Source: Mobula hypostoma
Lineage: Eukaryota
Direction of reading: 5' to 3'
Assembly (NCBI RefSeq): GCF_963921235.1
Contig: NC_086108.1
Coordinates: 25,730,001 to 25,794,000 of the forward strand
DNA: 64,000 nucleotides
Below the pieces are notes generated by a model. That model was not told the DNA's origin. It was given only the letters and a program-made list of their open reading frames with translations, and ran no database searches. Of this stretch, positions 50,118 to 62,739 are shown piece by piece. Position 1 is the stretch's first letter; every line of letters starts with the position of its first letter. The position numbers were made by a program, and so were the translations under genes.

Positions 50118-51722
50118 CAGTGCCTATAAAAAGAATTCACCCCACCTTGGAAGTTATCATGTTTTGTTGTTTTACAACATTGAATCACTGTGGATTTAAT
50201 TTGGCTTTTTTTTGGACACTGATCAACAGAAAAAGACTCATGTCAAAGTAAAAGCAGATCTCTACAAAGTGATCGAAATTAAGTACAAATATAAAACACA
50301 AAATAATTGATTGCATAAGTACTCACCCCCTTCAAGTCTGTATTTAGTAGATACACCTTTGGCTGCAATTACAGCCTATATCTATATCTATCTGTCTGTA
50401 TCTGTATCTATCTATATCTGTCTGTATCTATCAGCTTTGCACATCTGGACACTGTAAATTTTCCCCATTCTTCTTTACAAAACTAGTCAAGCTCTGTCAG
50501 ATTACATGGGGAGCATGAGTGAACAGCACTTCTCAAGTTCAGCCACAAATCTTTAATTGGATTGAGGTCTGGACTCTGACTTATCCACTCCACGACATTA
50601 ACTTTGTTGTTTTCAAGACATTTCTGTGTAGCTTTGGCTTTATGCTTGGGGTCACTGTCTTGCTGGAAAACAAATCTACTCCCAAGTTGAAGTTCTCTTG
50701 CAGGCTCCATCAGGATTTCCCTGTATTTTGCTGCATTCACTTTACCCTCTACTTTCACAAGCCTTCCAGGGCCTGATGTGGTGATGAATCCCCACAGCAT
50801 GATGCAGTCATCATCATACTTCACGGTAGGGATGGTGTGTTTTTGATGATGTGCAGTGTTTGGCTTACGCCAAACATACCATTTAGTCTGATGGCCAAAA
50901 AGCTCAATTTTGGTTTCATCAGGCCATAGAACCTTCTTCCAGCTGACTTTAGAGTCTCCCACATGCCTTCTGGTATGCATTAGCTGAGATTTCATGTGAG
51001 TTTTTTTCAACAGTGGCTTTCTTTTTGTTGAAGCACCCAGGCAACTATTGTTGTATGCGCATTCTCTCCCATCTCAGCCACTGAAACTTGTAACTCGTCC
51101 AAAGTTGTCAAAGGTCTCTGTTAGTGGCCTGTCTCACTACTCCCCTTCTTGTACAGTCACTCAGGTTTTCAGGATGGCCTGTTCTAGACAGATTTACAGC
51201 TCTGCCATATTCTTTCCATTTCTTGATGATTGATTTAAGGAATATTCAGTGACTTGGAAATTCTCTTGTATCCATCTCCTGACTTGTGCTTTTCAATAAC
51301 CTTTTCATGGAGTTGCTTGGAATGTTCTTTTGTCCTCATTTTGTAGTTTTTGCCAAGATACTGACTCATCCCCAGTTGGACCTTCCAGACACAGTTGTAT
51401 TTTTATTACAATTAATTGAAAAACCTTGTCTGCACACAGGTCTCCAAAACAGATCTCTATTTAACTAATTATGTGACTTCTAAAGCCAATTTTTGCAGTG
51501 TCATATTAAAGGGGTGAATACTTCTACAATCATTTATTTTGTGTTTTATATTTGTAATTAACTTTGATCACTTTACAGAGATCTGCTTTCAACTTGACAC
51601 AAAAGAGTCTTTTTCTGTTGATCAGTGTCCGAAAAACCCAAATTAAATCCACTGTGATTCAATGTTATAAAACAATCAAACATGAAAACTTCTAAGGGGG
51701 TGAATACTTTTTATAGGCACTA
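50118..51722 (-). mobile_element. Tc1 (DD34E-type) transposon with ~210-bp IR/DR terminal repeats
   Basis: TIR CAGTGCCTATAAAAAG...; inner and outer AAGTA.TCACCCC repeats; TA flanks. Confidence 0.93.
50483..51010 (-). pseudogene. Tc1 transposase catalytic domain remnant
   Basis: WPDETKIELFG, FQQDSDPKH, SPDLNPIKDLW (catalytic E replaced by K). Confidence 0.9.
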
Positions 51723-52159
51723 TATATAAAGAATAAATGAGAGGTATCAGTAAATATTGGATTGCTGGAAAAAGAGGCTGAAGAGGTCGTAATCAGGGAC
51801 AAAGAAACAGCAGGTGAACTTAATAAATATTTTGTGTCAGTATTCGCTGGCAGTGTGTCGGAAATTCAAGAATATCTGGGTGCAGTAATATGTGCAGTTC
51901 CTATTACTATGGAAAAAGGTGCTTGGGAAACTGAAAGGTCTGAAGGTATTAGTTCCACACACACTTTGGAGGCCAAGTCTTTGGGTGTATTTAAAGCAGA
52001 GTCTGATACCTTCTTGATCAGTAAGGTTATATAGGTTATGGGGAGAAAGCAGGAGAATGGGAGGAATAATAAATCAGCCATGATAGAATGGTGGAGAGGA
52101 CTCCATGGGCCAAGTGGCCTAATTCCGCTCTTACGTGTATGGTCTTATTGACTGCCGAA

Positions 52160-52580
52160 AAGGTACAGAAGAGGTTTGCAAAGATGCTGTCTGGTTTGGA
52201 GGATATGTGCTATAAGGGAAGGCTGTTCATACTTGGTTTGCTTGCCTGAGAGTATTGGAGGCTGATAGAATAGAAAATCCAAATCTCTTCCTGAGAGTAG
52301 AACTGTCAACACCAGACAGAGGACATGCTTTTATGGTTGGGGTGTGGAGTGCAAAGGTGACATGAATAAGTAAGTAACGGAATGGTAGGTGTCTCAAATA
52401 GTGGAAGCAGGCAGTTTGAAGGAGTTTAAGAATCTTTTAGATTGATACATGAATATGGAGAGAATGGAAGGATATGGATGATTCACAGGAGGAGGACTTG
52501 TAGTATAGATAGACATCAAGGTCAGTGCAAGATTATGGACTAAACAGCTTGTCTGATGCTCTACTGTTCTATGTCCTATG
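52160..52580 (+). mobile_element. Old CR1 3' fragment
   Basis: EKVQKRFAKML motif and CR1 tail. Confidence 0.65.
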
Positions 52581-52779
52581 TTCAAGAGATTTGCCAAATC
52601 ACATCCAATAATATAACAGCTGGTGTTAATGTTGAAAATAACTATTATACAACAATAACTAACTTCAACAAGAAAGAGTCTGATTGGTTTCCATGATGTT
52701 CAGCATTACTATTGTCAAGCCTTCCACCATCAGCAATTCAGTCACCCATGATCTGAATCAATGACATTAATGTGGAGGA

Positions 52780-53620
52780 TGGGTGGAGCTAAAGATGGCG
52801 CCAGAGGGTGACTTCTCCCAGCTCATCAGCAAAACTGTTAAATCCTTCCTATTCTAATGTCTCTATTTTCCTTTCAGGGTGGCTGGGTCCTATCGGGATC
52901 TTTGATCTACAATGGCACTCAAACTGAGGTTCTGTACGGTGGCATGTACCCGTTCTTGGAGCTTGCCAATTGGCCACGCTTCAGTATAGGTAGATTCGGC
53001 CTGAAGTCAGCTGCTTTCAGGGCATTGACTGGTCCCAAGGACATGAATTCTTGCTGCTGTCATGAACTGAAGCATAGCAGGAGCCAGAATAGCAAGAGCT
53101 CTGTACTCGAGGTTGATCACACTCTCTCTCTCTCTCTCTCTCTCAATGAAGATGGAGAGTTTGCTGCCAATTCTCGGGTCAGGAAACTTGAAATAAAAAG
53201 CAATACTTCAGATTGACTGTAACATCAAAATAGCGATTGTTGTCTCCCCTCTCACTGTGGAAGAAGTGATATTATTTGTTAGTGAGAGTGTGCCTGACGG
53301 ATGTTGAAAATGTTGGAGTGAACCGTTAGCTTTTGAGGTACTGCAGACTATGGTACACCTTTGGGGGCTTTGCTGTTGCTGGCATGGTGAGTGGTGCGAT
53401 TGCTGATGCCTTATGCTAGAATGGGGAGTGGGTGGTGGATAGTTGCTGCTGCTTGTGCGTGGGGGTAGGGGGCTTTGCAGTTCTTACGTTTTTTGTCTAA
53501 CATTCATTTTTTAAGGATGTTATTCTGTTTTGAGGATGTCTGCAGAGAATAAAAAATCAGGTTGCATATTGTATATGTTCTCTGATATTAAATGGAACTA
53601 TGGAACTATTGAACTATTGA
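52780..53620 (+). mobile_element. Non-autonomous retroposon with AAGATGGCG 5' end and (GAACTATT)n-type tail
   Basis: Second partial copy at 1302-1628; no ORF; tandem tail at 53594-53620. Confidence 0.65.
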
Positions 53621-54159
53621 CAACAGGATCAGGTCAAAAGGTCGTTCTGCAATATGACTCCTTTCTGTTTACAATATAGAGGTATGACGTGAATGAGACC
53701 TGTTCCACAAGACTCCAAGAATGACACTAACTCTCCAGGGATTCCTTGACAGCAACTTTCAAAAAAGCTCCTTCTTCTGCTTAGAAGAACAATGGCGTGA
53801 ACACAGAAAGTCTCATTACCTCCCAGCTCCCTTGAAAGTTACAACACATTCTTACTCAAAATTATATTGCTGTCTATTTATTGTTAGAACATTAAAATTA
53901 TTAAATGCTGGGCCAGGAATACCATAGAAAAACTTCACCAAATAGACTACAATAGTCCTGGAAGGCTCCTGTCAACATTCTCAAGAGGACTAAGCAGAGG
54001 CAAAGATAAAATAACAATGGTTATGAACAGAACAATTTTCCTTCTTCATATCATTTAGTAGTTTTGATAAATTTTATTTTTCCAGAAGGCATGGAGAAAT
54101 GTAATTTGTCCTAAGAAATTGAATGTTAACTTGCAGTGATCCATCCTGTTGGTGTTGAT

Positions 54160-54545
54160 ATTGGTACTGGTTTATTATTGTCACATGTACCAAGATACAA
54201 TGAAAAGCTTGTCTTCCATACTGTTTATACAGATCAAATCATTACATAGTGGATTCGGCTAGAATAAGGTAAAGCAGAAGTAATGCAGAATAAGGTGAAA
54301 AAGCTACCGAAATGGTGAGTTAAACAATAAAGTGCAAGGTCATATTGAGGTAGATTGTGAGGCCAAGAATCCATCTGTACAAGTGATCCTTTCAAGGGCC
54401 TGATAACAGTGGCTGGAGGATGACTTCAACCTGGTGTTAAGTCCTTTCAGACCTTTGTACCTCCTATTCATATCTATCCATAACTAGTCACAAAGCTTCT
54501 GTAGATGATTTTGTACCTCCTCCCCAATGGGAGTAGGGAAAAGAG
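54160..54545 (-). mobile_element. Rex1-type 3' fragment
   Basis: GGTTTATTATTGTCACATGTACC end, reverse-complement similarity to 18820-18865. Confidence 0.65.
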
Positions 54546-54984
54546 AGAGTGTTCAGGTGGATAAAATATGTTAAATGTGGATTTTCATGAAGAGTTTGGA
54601 ATTCCTGGAGCTGTGCAAAAAGAACAAGGGGAAGAGCTGTAAAACAATGAGAGAATCAGTTTGATCCTTATTCCTGTGGAAACAGTGAATCGAGGATCCA
54701 GAACACAGAGTCTCCAGCAAGTGATTATCAAGACAGGTCAGCCTCTCTACACAAGACTTGACAATTGGAAATGTATCCAGAATAGAAAAAGGTGCTGAAG
54801 GAATGAAAAGAATGAAGTACATGGATATTTTAAGTATTAGTTAAATTTAGATTATTTGAAAGGAAAAAGGAGATCTTTTTTCCATGCTTGGAAGGAGGTA
54901 GTTTAGCTCATCGGGACTATGGCAGCACTCAACAGTCTTATTGATCCTGTTCCCCAATTTACATCCCACTGTTAGCTTTTCCAC

Positions 54985-55185
54985 ATGCCATTATCCCTCC
55001 TCTTGGGTTAATTTACAGCAGTGTCGCCAATTAACTTACCAAGCCATGTTTTTAGGGGGTGGGGAACCCGAACACCCTGGGTAAACCCACACAGTCACAG
55101 AGAAAACACGCAAGGTCCACACTTACAGCACTGGAGATCAGGACCCAAGCCCAGTGATTGAAAATGTGAGGTGATAGCACTACTT
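54985..55185 (-). mobile_element. Old HE1-like SINE
   Basis: Degenerate GGGGAACCCGAACACCC...AACCCACACAGTCACAG core. Confidence 0.6.
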
Positions 55186-55444
55186 GTGTAGGTATCCAAC
55201 AGCAGAGACTTGTTCTGGGATTGGATTGGATTCAGGTTAATGATCACAATTGCCAGGGATCTCCATTATTATTACATCAGAATGATAAATAAAGAATTAG
55301 GAAAACATGATCACTCTGCATCTCCCTAGAAGTCAAGGGCAAAATGAAGTTGAAGAATTAACACACGAATCTCAAAGAAGGGAAAAGTATACGAATTGAT
55401 TAGCTGTAGCTTCTGGATCATTTTATTGGAAATCTTGTGCTTTT

Positions 55445-55700
55445 AGCATCAGTAGTGGCAGGTGGGGGATGGTCATATGAGCAGCTGGTGCATATCACAA
55501 GTCCTGGTTTTGCGACCATTTATGCCAGGCAGACAATCCCTGAAGAATATTGATCCTGGCTGGGGTCACCCGCCTTGTACAGACTCTGCCCAAAAGAAGG
55601 CAGTGGCAAACAATTGCTGTGGAAAACCTTGCCAGAGAATATCGTGGTCTAAGACCATGATCGCTCATGTCATATGACACGGCACATCATAGTGGTGATG
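55445..55700 (+). mobile_element. RTE-related short element
   Basis: GAAGGCAGTGGCAAAC...CTTGCCA motif typical of RTE/Bov-A-like sequences; TGA-like tail. Confidence 0.55.
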
Positions 55701-55759
55701 TAAGGTTCAGTTGGTAAAAGTGAAAAAGGTGATCATATCTATTTCTGACAAGTTAACTT

Positions 55760-56042
55760 ATTTTATTGTTTATTTATTTAGAGATACAGTGTGGAATAGG
55801 CCCTTCTGACCCTTCGAACTTTCAACCCAGCAACACCCAACAAGCCCCAATTTAACCCTAAACTAACCATGGGACAATTAACCTACCAGGTATATCCCTG
55901 GACTGTGAGAGAAAGCCAGAGCACTCGGAGAAAATGCATGCATTTCAAGGGGAGAATGTATAAACGTAGAAATTCCTCAATGGGATTAAACTTTGAATTC
56001 CAACACCCGAGACCGCACTAACTGCTACACTGCTGTGGTACA
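55760..56042 (-). mobile_element. HE1-like V-SINE
   Basis: (TTTA)n tail, AGGCCCTTC..CCC, GGACTGTG..AG.AA.CCAGAGCAC core. Confidence 0.75.
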
Positions 56043-56340
56043 GTTTACTACTTCTGTTGCTTTATCAAAATATCTCAAAGCAGTGATAGCTTAGAATTAA
56101 TTTCAAGCTGGAAATACATACAATTGATTTACCTCCTTTAGCAGAGCTCACACAGACTGTATCCCAGATGAATGAAGCTCCTGTGGCTTTAAGGACATCA
56201 GTCTGTACCCCCTAAGCATTACTTGCGCTCGTTGATCTCTTGCTTAGGGCAATCACTCAATTTAAATGTGGTGAGAAGTTTCACAAGTTGGGTCACACAT
56301 TCAATGAGCAAATAAATGAACAGTGCAGATTTTCAGCTGA

Positions 56341-56660
56341 GAGGCACAGTGGTGCAGCTCTGCCTCACAGCACCCGAAACCTGGGTTCAGTACTGGCCTC
56401 AGGGGCTAACTGTATGGAGTCTCAATGTTCTCCATTTGACTGCATGGATTTGTCTCAGCTTCCTCCCTCATCCGAAAGAAGTGTGAGTTTGTAGCTTAAT
56501 TAGCCTCTGTAAATTGTCCTTATTGTGTAGCTGAGTGGTGGAATCTGGAGGAAGTTAATGTGGATGTAAGGACAACAATAGAAATGGGATAAATGTAGAG
56601 TCAATGCAGAGACTCAGTGGTCAATGGTCTGTTTTCATGCTGTGTGCCTCAATGACACTC
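56341..56660 (+). mobile_element. Old HE1-like SINE
   Basis: GGCACAGTGG head, CTGGGTTCA B-box-like, TGTAAATTGTCC core. Confidence 0.7.
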
Positions 56661-57374
56661 TAATTGTTTGAAATTTTCAGTCAGTGACAACTACATCAAC
56701 AATTACAAAAAAAAGTCATTGCATTCTCCGACAGAGTCCAGGAATAGGGAAGACTAGGACCAGATTGTAACATAAAACATTATTTAGATTCACATGTTAC
56801 AGATTTGCTGTGAGATTACAAAATGTTTGGTCTTGTTTCAGAATTAAGCATCTGTGATGTTATCCATTCTGCTTAATCAGAGTAAAACCTGGAAGCAAAT
56901 TAGCTGCAGAACCAACCATGACCATATCAAAGTGGGAGAGTGATAGAAAATGGAACTCACAAAGTAGGCAAAAACATGGGGAATTCATATCTTGGGCTTC
57001 ACAAGAAGATGTCCAACCATGGCTGGATTGGGAGAATTTTCAAAACTGAGACATAAGTAAAATGATAAAAAGTAGCTAATGCAGAATGTAATAGCCAGAA
57101 TTTGTAAAATAGTAAAATAGTGAAAGAGGTTTTATTCCAGTTTTAACTGGATTTAAAAAGACACCTAAAACAACATTTTAAATATATTGACCCTTGTATC
57201 AAGACTCTTAGCCCTAGAGGAAACAATAATCTCAACTATAGGAGATCATTGAAGGCTAAAGGAACAACTCAGAGATATAATGTAACTGGGACAGGTGTGG
57301 GAATTGTCATCTCAACTCCTCTGCCACCACTACGAATGAGGAAAGGATTGATGGTGCAGCCCCATATTGACCGC

Positions 57375-58072
57375 AGTAAGGGGTTTCTTTTTTTTTTGTG
57401 TCACTGGGTAGTCTAATTAAAATGGCTTCTTTGTTATGTTATAATTGAAAGGGCTTCTTTGTTGTATTAGCGGCTGAGAAAGTCCTCCCGCTAGCAGTTT
57501 GTTTGAATCACGTTACTGATAAGAAGGTGTTATGAACCGATTGGGATAGTTGTTATGGTTTTGGTGTGTCTGTAAGATATTGTATGCGTGGGATTTTGGG
57601 GCAGAAGGCAGGAGAGAGAGACAGAGGATGGACGAGATGCTGTGAGTCCGCTAATGGGGGTCGGACCCCGAGCAGGAGTCCGAGGTCCAGGGTGAGGAGA
57701 GGAGACGGAGACAGACTCATGTGGAGTGTCTGGTTGACCACCATTGGTGGTCCCAGGCGGCCGGTCGAGGTGGTACGAGGGATCACAGGGTGAAGAAGAG
57801 GGGTCCTGAGCTCCAACTGTTTGTGCACGAAGAGACTGAACTTTGATAAGTGTGGTGCCTTTTAATTTTCGGTTATATTTTATTCTCTATTAATTATATA
57901 GTTCCAGTAATATCTATAAACTGTAAATCATTTAATAGTATCTGGTGTATTGTCTGTTATTTGGGCGGGGTGGGGTACATCACACAGCATCCACACAAAC
58001 TAATTACCTAGTTTGGCGGGGTGGAGGGCTGATCCCTGGACGACAGCGAGCCGAGCGACCCTGAGGGCTAAA
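57375..58072 (+). mobile_element. Probable solo LTR
   Basis: GTAAGGGG start and GGGCTA.A end resemble decayed TGT...ACA termini; GC-rich non-coding body; no TSD seen. Confidence 0.5.
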
Positions 58073-59094
58073 GATACATGCACTACTCAAGACAAGTTAC
58101 ACTTAACAAGGTAAATGCTTGGATAACACAATATTCCTTTGTGCAAAAATATTCAATAAATCCGTGATCAAAGGAGCCAATGTTCAACTTCCCAGTCAAG
58201 AAATGCAAGCACTTGCAACTTCAGGCTCAGTGTTTGACTGAGAAAATTTCCTCCATATTATATTTCTCCAACATAAACAAAACAAAAATTAAGAAGCACT
58301 TTCATAATCTTTAATTCCAGAGATCAGTTTTAACCAGCTGAAGATATAGACTGAAACGGAAGTTAAATGGAAGGAACACCTGGGAGATTTAGGTGTCAAA
58401 GGGAAAGAGAATTTGTGGCAGGGGTGTGGGAGGAGATACTGTGTGGATAGTTCATACTTTGGTTACAGAGAAAAGAAGAATGCAGCCATGAAGAACTATG
58501 TTTTAATTTAACAAAATACAACAAAGCAAAGCAGAATAATACATTAAAATTATGAATTATGTCTTTGAATATTCTCTTTGAACATTACACCTATCACAGT
58601 TCCCTTATTAATAAATCCTAAATAAAATCATGAGAAGTATGTGAAAAATAAAATTCAATTTAGGAAAGTTTAGAAAGAAATTATTAATAGCAATATTAAA
58701 ACAATAGATAAAAGCTTTTAAAATGCTGTAATTGTGTAAGGAAATTTACTTCAATTTTAATAAAATTGTAAGAAGCACTTTTATAATCTTTTTATGTTAT
58801 TAGCTTATGTTTTAAATTTTGATACTGAATTCTTTCAAGTTCAGTTTCATTTTCTCTAGTTGCTGTTGCTGTTTTTATGGAGAGCTTTTAAACTTTGTAT
58901 CCTGTAAATTTCAATGAGGATTTTGCATTGGCAAATCAGTTAATTAGTTTGTCCATGACGTTAGGCAGTTATAGAAAGCAAGGAGCAATTTGTGCGCAAT
59001 TTAGGGAGGAACTGAGTGAGTGTTGGAAGAGATTGGAGTGGGAATGGTTGGAGGGAGATGGAGGATATTGTGGAAAATGTAGGCAGAAAGCTGT

Positions 59095-59180
59095 CCTACA
59101 GCCTGAAACACCAACTGTTTATTCATTTCAATAGATGCTGCCTGACATGCTGAGTTCCTCCAACATCTTGTGTGTGTTGC
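59095..59180 (+). mobile_element. PLE pLTR fragment with 3' half of a hammerhead
   Basis: GCCTGAAACACCAACTG...GATGCTGCCTGAC...TGTGTGTGTTGC. Confidence 0.65.
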
Positions 59181-59689
59181 TTTGTGAGTTTTATTTGGCC
59201 AGGAAAAGAAAACATTCATGTTTCCCTTAGCTCACAGGGAATGCTGCAGTCATATTCAGCAGATGAATACAGAATGCATATTGCTTTACCTTGCAAGTTT
59301 CCCAATGACTAAATTCCAGTGGACACTGTGTCAAAAAAACAGAATACCTGTAAAAGTCGAATCATGCGTCTTATTTTTCAGATTGAAAAGTGACACAACT
59401 GCTAAGAACATGTTGTACATCTGCCCCCATTAACATTGGGTATAAAGAATCCAAGGAACTTTTCCAAGTGACTCCTGCTCCAAAATTATAACATGTAAGT
59501 TCTTACCTGAACCAAACTGAGCTATTTTTGTGTTATGAAACTAGCTCTATTTAAACATTCTGGCACTGTAATCATTTGGAGATAGTTGTATAGCTTCCTT
59601 TCTCTTTGGATCCAGAAATGGGATTAGGAAGAATATTTTATTCCTGTTCTTCACCAAGTTTCAAAACCAGCTTTCTGACTTCATGCTTC

Positions 59690-60010
59690 ACAGTGACACA
59701 GCTCGTCGAGAAGTTGCCTCACAGTGCTAAAGACTGTTTTCATTTCTGACCTTGGAGCTTGTCTGTGTGGAGTTTACAAGCTCTCCCTAAGACTCATTGG
59801 GGTTCCTTTGGATATTTTGGCTCCCAGATTGGCAGGTTAAATTGCCACTGTGAATGGCTACCAATACGTAGGACAGTTGATGAGAACGTGTGGAGAATAA
59901 AGAATGGAATTAATGCAGGGTTAGTGTAAATAGTTGATTGATGGTTGGCAATACTTAGTGAGCCAAAGAACCTGTTTCTCTGCTGTATCTCTCCATCACT
60001 CTTTGACTTT
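59690..60010 (+). mobile_element. Old HE1-like SINE
   Basis: TTGCCTCACAG, TGTCTGTGTGGAGTTT, CCTGTTTC..TGCTGTATCTCT tail. Confidence 0.7.
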
Positions 60011-60602
60011 GTATATGACTTTTTTTTCCATTACAGATTTTCAGTAAGCTCCCACATGATATATGAGTGTCAGGGCATGCTGATTGTAACAGCGTACTAG
60101 CTAGCTGATTGCAAAGCACATAAATAATGCCGAGGATCCCATAGGGACCATTGTTTGTCACATTTTATGTCAGGGTTAGATTTTGGAATCTAAAACAACA
60201 TGTCAATCTGCAAATGATGTCTTGTTGGCAGAGGATAGCTGACAATGGGAGGGAACCAGCTAATTAAAAGAAGCATGATGCAGATCCATAACAGTCATAT
60301 AATTGGCAAATTAATTTCAGTCTGGATAATTGTATTTACTGCATATTTTGAAAGAAAGTAGCATTTTGTAAAGTTGAATCAAAATGGGAAAGAAATTGGA
60401 ACTCACTGAGCGAGAATAAGCTCCAGGGACCAATGCACTGTGCCTCATAAAAAAAAAGTGCCCATTTAGGTCAGGGTTGGGCCATTTTTCAGAACTGAGA
60501 CAGAAAATAATAAAAAGTAGAAAAAGTAGGAAAGATAAACACTAGGGATTTTTTAAATGAGTAAATTGTGACAGTGTGCCATCCCTGGTGGATTATAACA
60601 TA

Positions 60603-61110
60603 CAAGGGATGATTGATAAGTTTGTGGCCTAGGGTACAAGGAGTCAATTTTAGAAAACCTAGCACACTTTTCAACATAGTCCCTTCCTACATTTACACAC
60701 TTAGTCCAGGGGTCATGGAGCATACGGATCCCTTCTTTGTAGCAGTCGGTGTCTTGAACCTCCAGAAAGTGGCCCACAGCGGGGGTGATTGATAAGTTTG
60801 TGGCCTAAGGTAGAAGGAGATGAGTTATACATGCACGTGTATTTCAACTCTTTGAGTGATTATGCAGAACGTTTGAAGTCAATGACTCATCTCCTTCTAC
60901 CTTAGGCCACAAACTTATTAATCACCCCAGCTGTGGACCACTTCTGGAGGTCCAAGACGCCGAGTTCTACAAAAATGGGATCCGTATGCTCCACAACCGC
61001 TGGACTAAGTGTGTAAATGTAGGAGGGGACTATGTCGAAAAATAAATGTGTCAGGTTTTCTAAAATTGATTCCTTTTACCTTGGGCCACAAACTTATCAA
61101 TTAACCCTCG
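60603..61110. mobile_element. Palindromic mariner-derived MITE with nested TIRs
   Basis: TA flanks at 60601-60602 and 61111-61112; arms 60603-60825 and 60885-61110; each arm encodes a mariner C-terminus GIRMLH..WTKCVNVG.DYVEK. Confidence 0.92.
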
Positions 61111-61834
61111 TACATAAGTACACAGTAAAAATAAAACAAAATGCAGAATATGATGTCTTATTACAGATAATGTGCAGTATAGATAGACAAATAAGGTGCA
61201 AGGGCCAATACGAGGTAGACTGGGAGAGCAAGAAATCATCTTTAGTGTCTGAGAAGTCCAAATTTATTCACACATTTTATACAGTATATGTTATGCTTAC
61301 AAGCAAACTAGGGCAGAAGCCAGTAAGTCTGAATGTTAATGGCTAAGGTTGCTATGAGGCAAGATGCTGAATCACTTTATCCTTGACTGAAGGTATTCTC
61401 ACTGCATTCTTCAGCAGGGAGTCCCTATGTTATGTCTCTTAGAGAGGAAAATTTACGCGATATCAGCTCCTTGACTCTGTTGCTTGTGTTTTTTCAGGTC
61501 GTATGCTTGGGAAGTACGAGGCCAACCTTGATAAGCTGCTGTGTTGAATTTTACAATTACTGTACATTTCAGCCATGCTATGCCACCAATGGCGGCTGGG
61601 TGCCCATAAAATAAACTCTTTTTGCCCTACATGATGACGACATCCTTGAGTGCTGGAGCTGCACTCATTCAGGAAAGTGGAGAATTATTCCATGACATTT
61701 TCTGACTTATGTATTACTGTAGTTAGTAAAGAGGTTTTGGGGAATTGGGTGATAAGTCAGTCTGATATGCCACTGATCAAGGCAGTGAGTTCAGGCATTC
61801 GGATTTCATCTTGCAACTGTACAAGTCATCAGTG

Positions 61835-62122
61835 AGCCCACCTTTGGGATATTGTGCAGAGTTCTGGCTGTCTCTAAGCTGAAATTCAGAAGATTGTTAC
61901 CTGGACTTGAGGGTGTGAGTTAATAGGAAAGGCAGGCTAGGATGAAACATTTTTCCACGGACCATAGAAAGTTGAAGGATGATCTTACAGAGGTATGTAG
62001 AAGGATGAGCAGTGTTGATAAGGTGGAAGGTCATAATATTTTTCCCAGGACAGGGGAGTCTAGAACTAAAGTGAGAGGAGTAAGATTTAAAAGGGGCTTA
62101 AAGGTAAACTTTGTTACACAGT
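61835..62122 (+). mobile_element. Old CR1 fragment
   Basis: PTFGILCRV-region remnant and LKDDLTEV motif. Confidence 0.6.
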
Positions 62123-62134
62123 GGCCAGGCTTTT

Positions 62135-62680
62135 TAATTCAACTTCCCATTCCCACATTGATATATCCATCCACAGCTTCCTGTACTGCCATGTTGAAGC
62201 TAGACACAGATTAGAGGAAAAGCACATCATATTCTGCCTTGGTAGTCTCCAATGGAATGAATGTCAATTCTCTAACTTCCGGTAACTACTTCCATCTATT
62301 TTCCCCTTTGTTTTCCCCTATCCACTGGCCTCATCACACCTTTTCTTGCTCCCTCCTCCCTTAATCTACACATTATTGACACATTCCTCCCAACAGTTCC
62401 CTTCCTTACCCACTTCCATTTATTTCATGGTCCACTGTTAGAATCTATCTTCTTTAGCCTCTTGTCACTTTCACCTATCGCCTCCCAGATTTCTTACATC
62501 ACTCTGACTCTCTTCCTCCCCCACTTCCTTCCCTGCCTCACCTGGTTCCACCTATCACCCATCAGTTCTTGCTCCAACTTCCCCAACTTCCCCAACTTTT
62601 ATACTGAATTGTACTCACTTTCTTTCCAGTCCTGATAAAGGGTCATGACCTCAAAATATCAACTGTGCATACTCCTCCAT
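62135..62680 (+). mobile_element. Old PLE 3' fragment with decayed hammerhead (about 62627-62665)
   Basis: HFNSTSHSH-like and LEEKHIIFCLGSLQ motifs; pyrimidine tract; CAGTCCTGATAAAGGG...AAAATATCAACTG. Confidence 0.75.
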
Positions 62681-62739
62681 CACAGAGATTAGGTTGATAG
62701 AGGAACAGGAATGCACACTTAATATTGTAGGGTTTTGAT

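Larger units (their letters stand above)
46150..52150 (+). mobile_element. Long CR1 (ORF1 esterase, endonuclease, RT deleted, 3' UTR) hosting hAT, Rex1 and Tc1 insertions
   Basis: GDSIVR motif at 47532; endonuclease remnants 48110-49700; jump to the 3' end near 51960; tail near 52145. Confidence 0.85.

Noticed and set aside
59290..59494. Possible host exons (minus 59290-59347; plus 59382-59494)
   Set aside because: Splice-like signals exist, but the plus candidate has stops in all frames and the minus peptide is short and unrecognisable. RNA-seq would be needed.
61498..61550. Possible terminal exon (RMLGKYEANLDKLLC*) after TTTTTCAG
   Set aside because: Too short, no recognisable homology and no upstream partner exon found.
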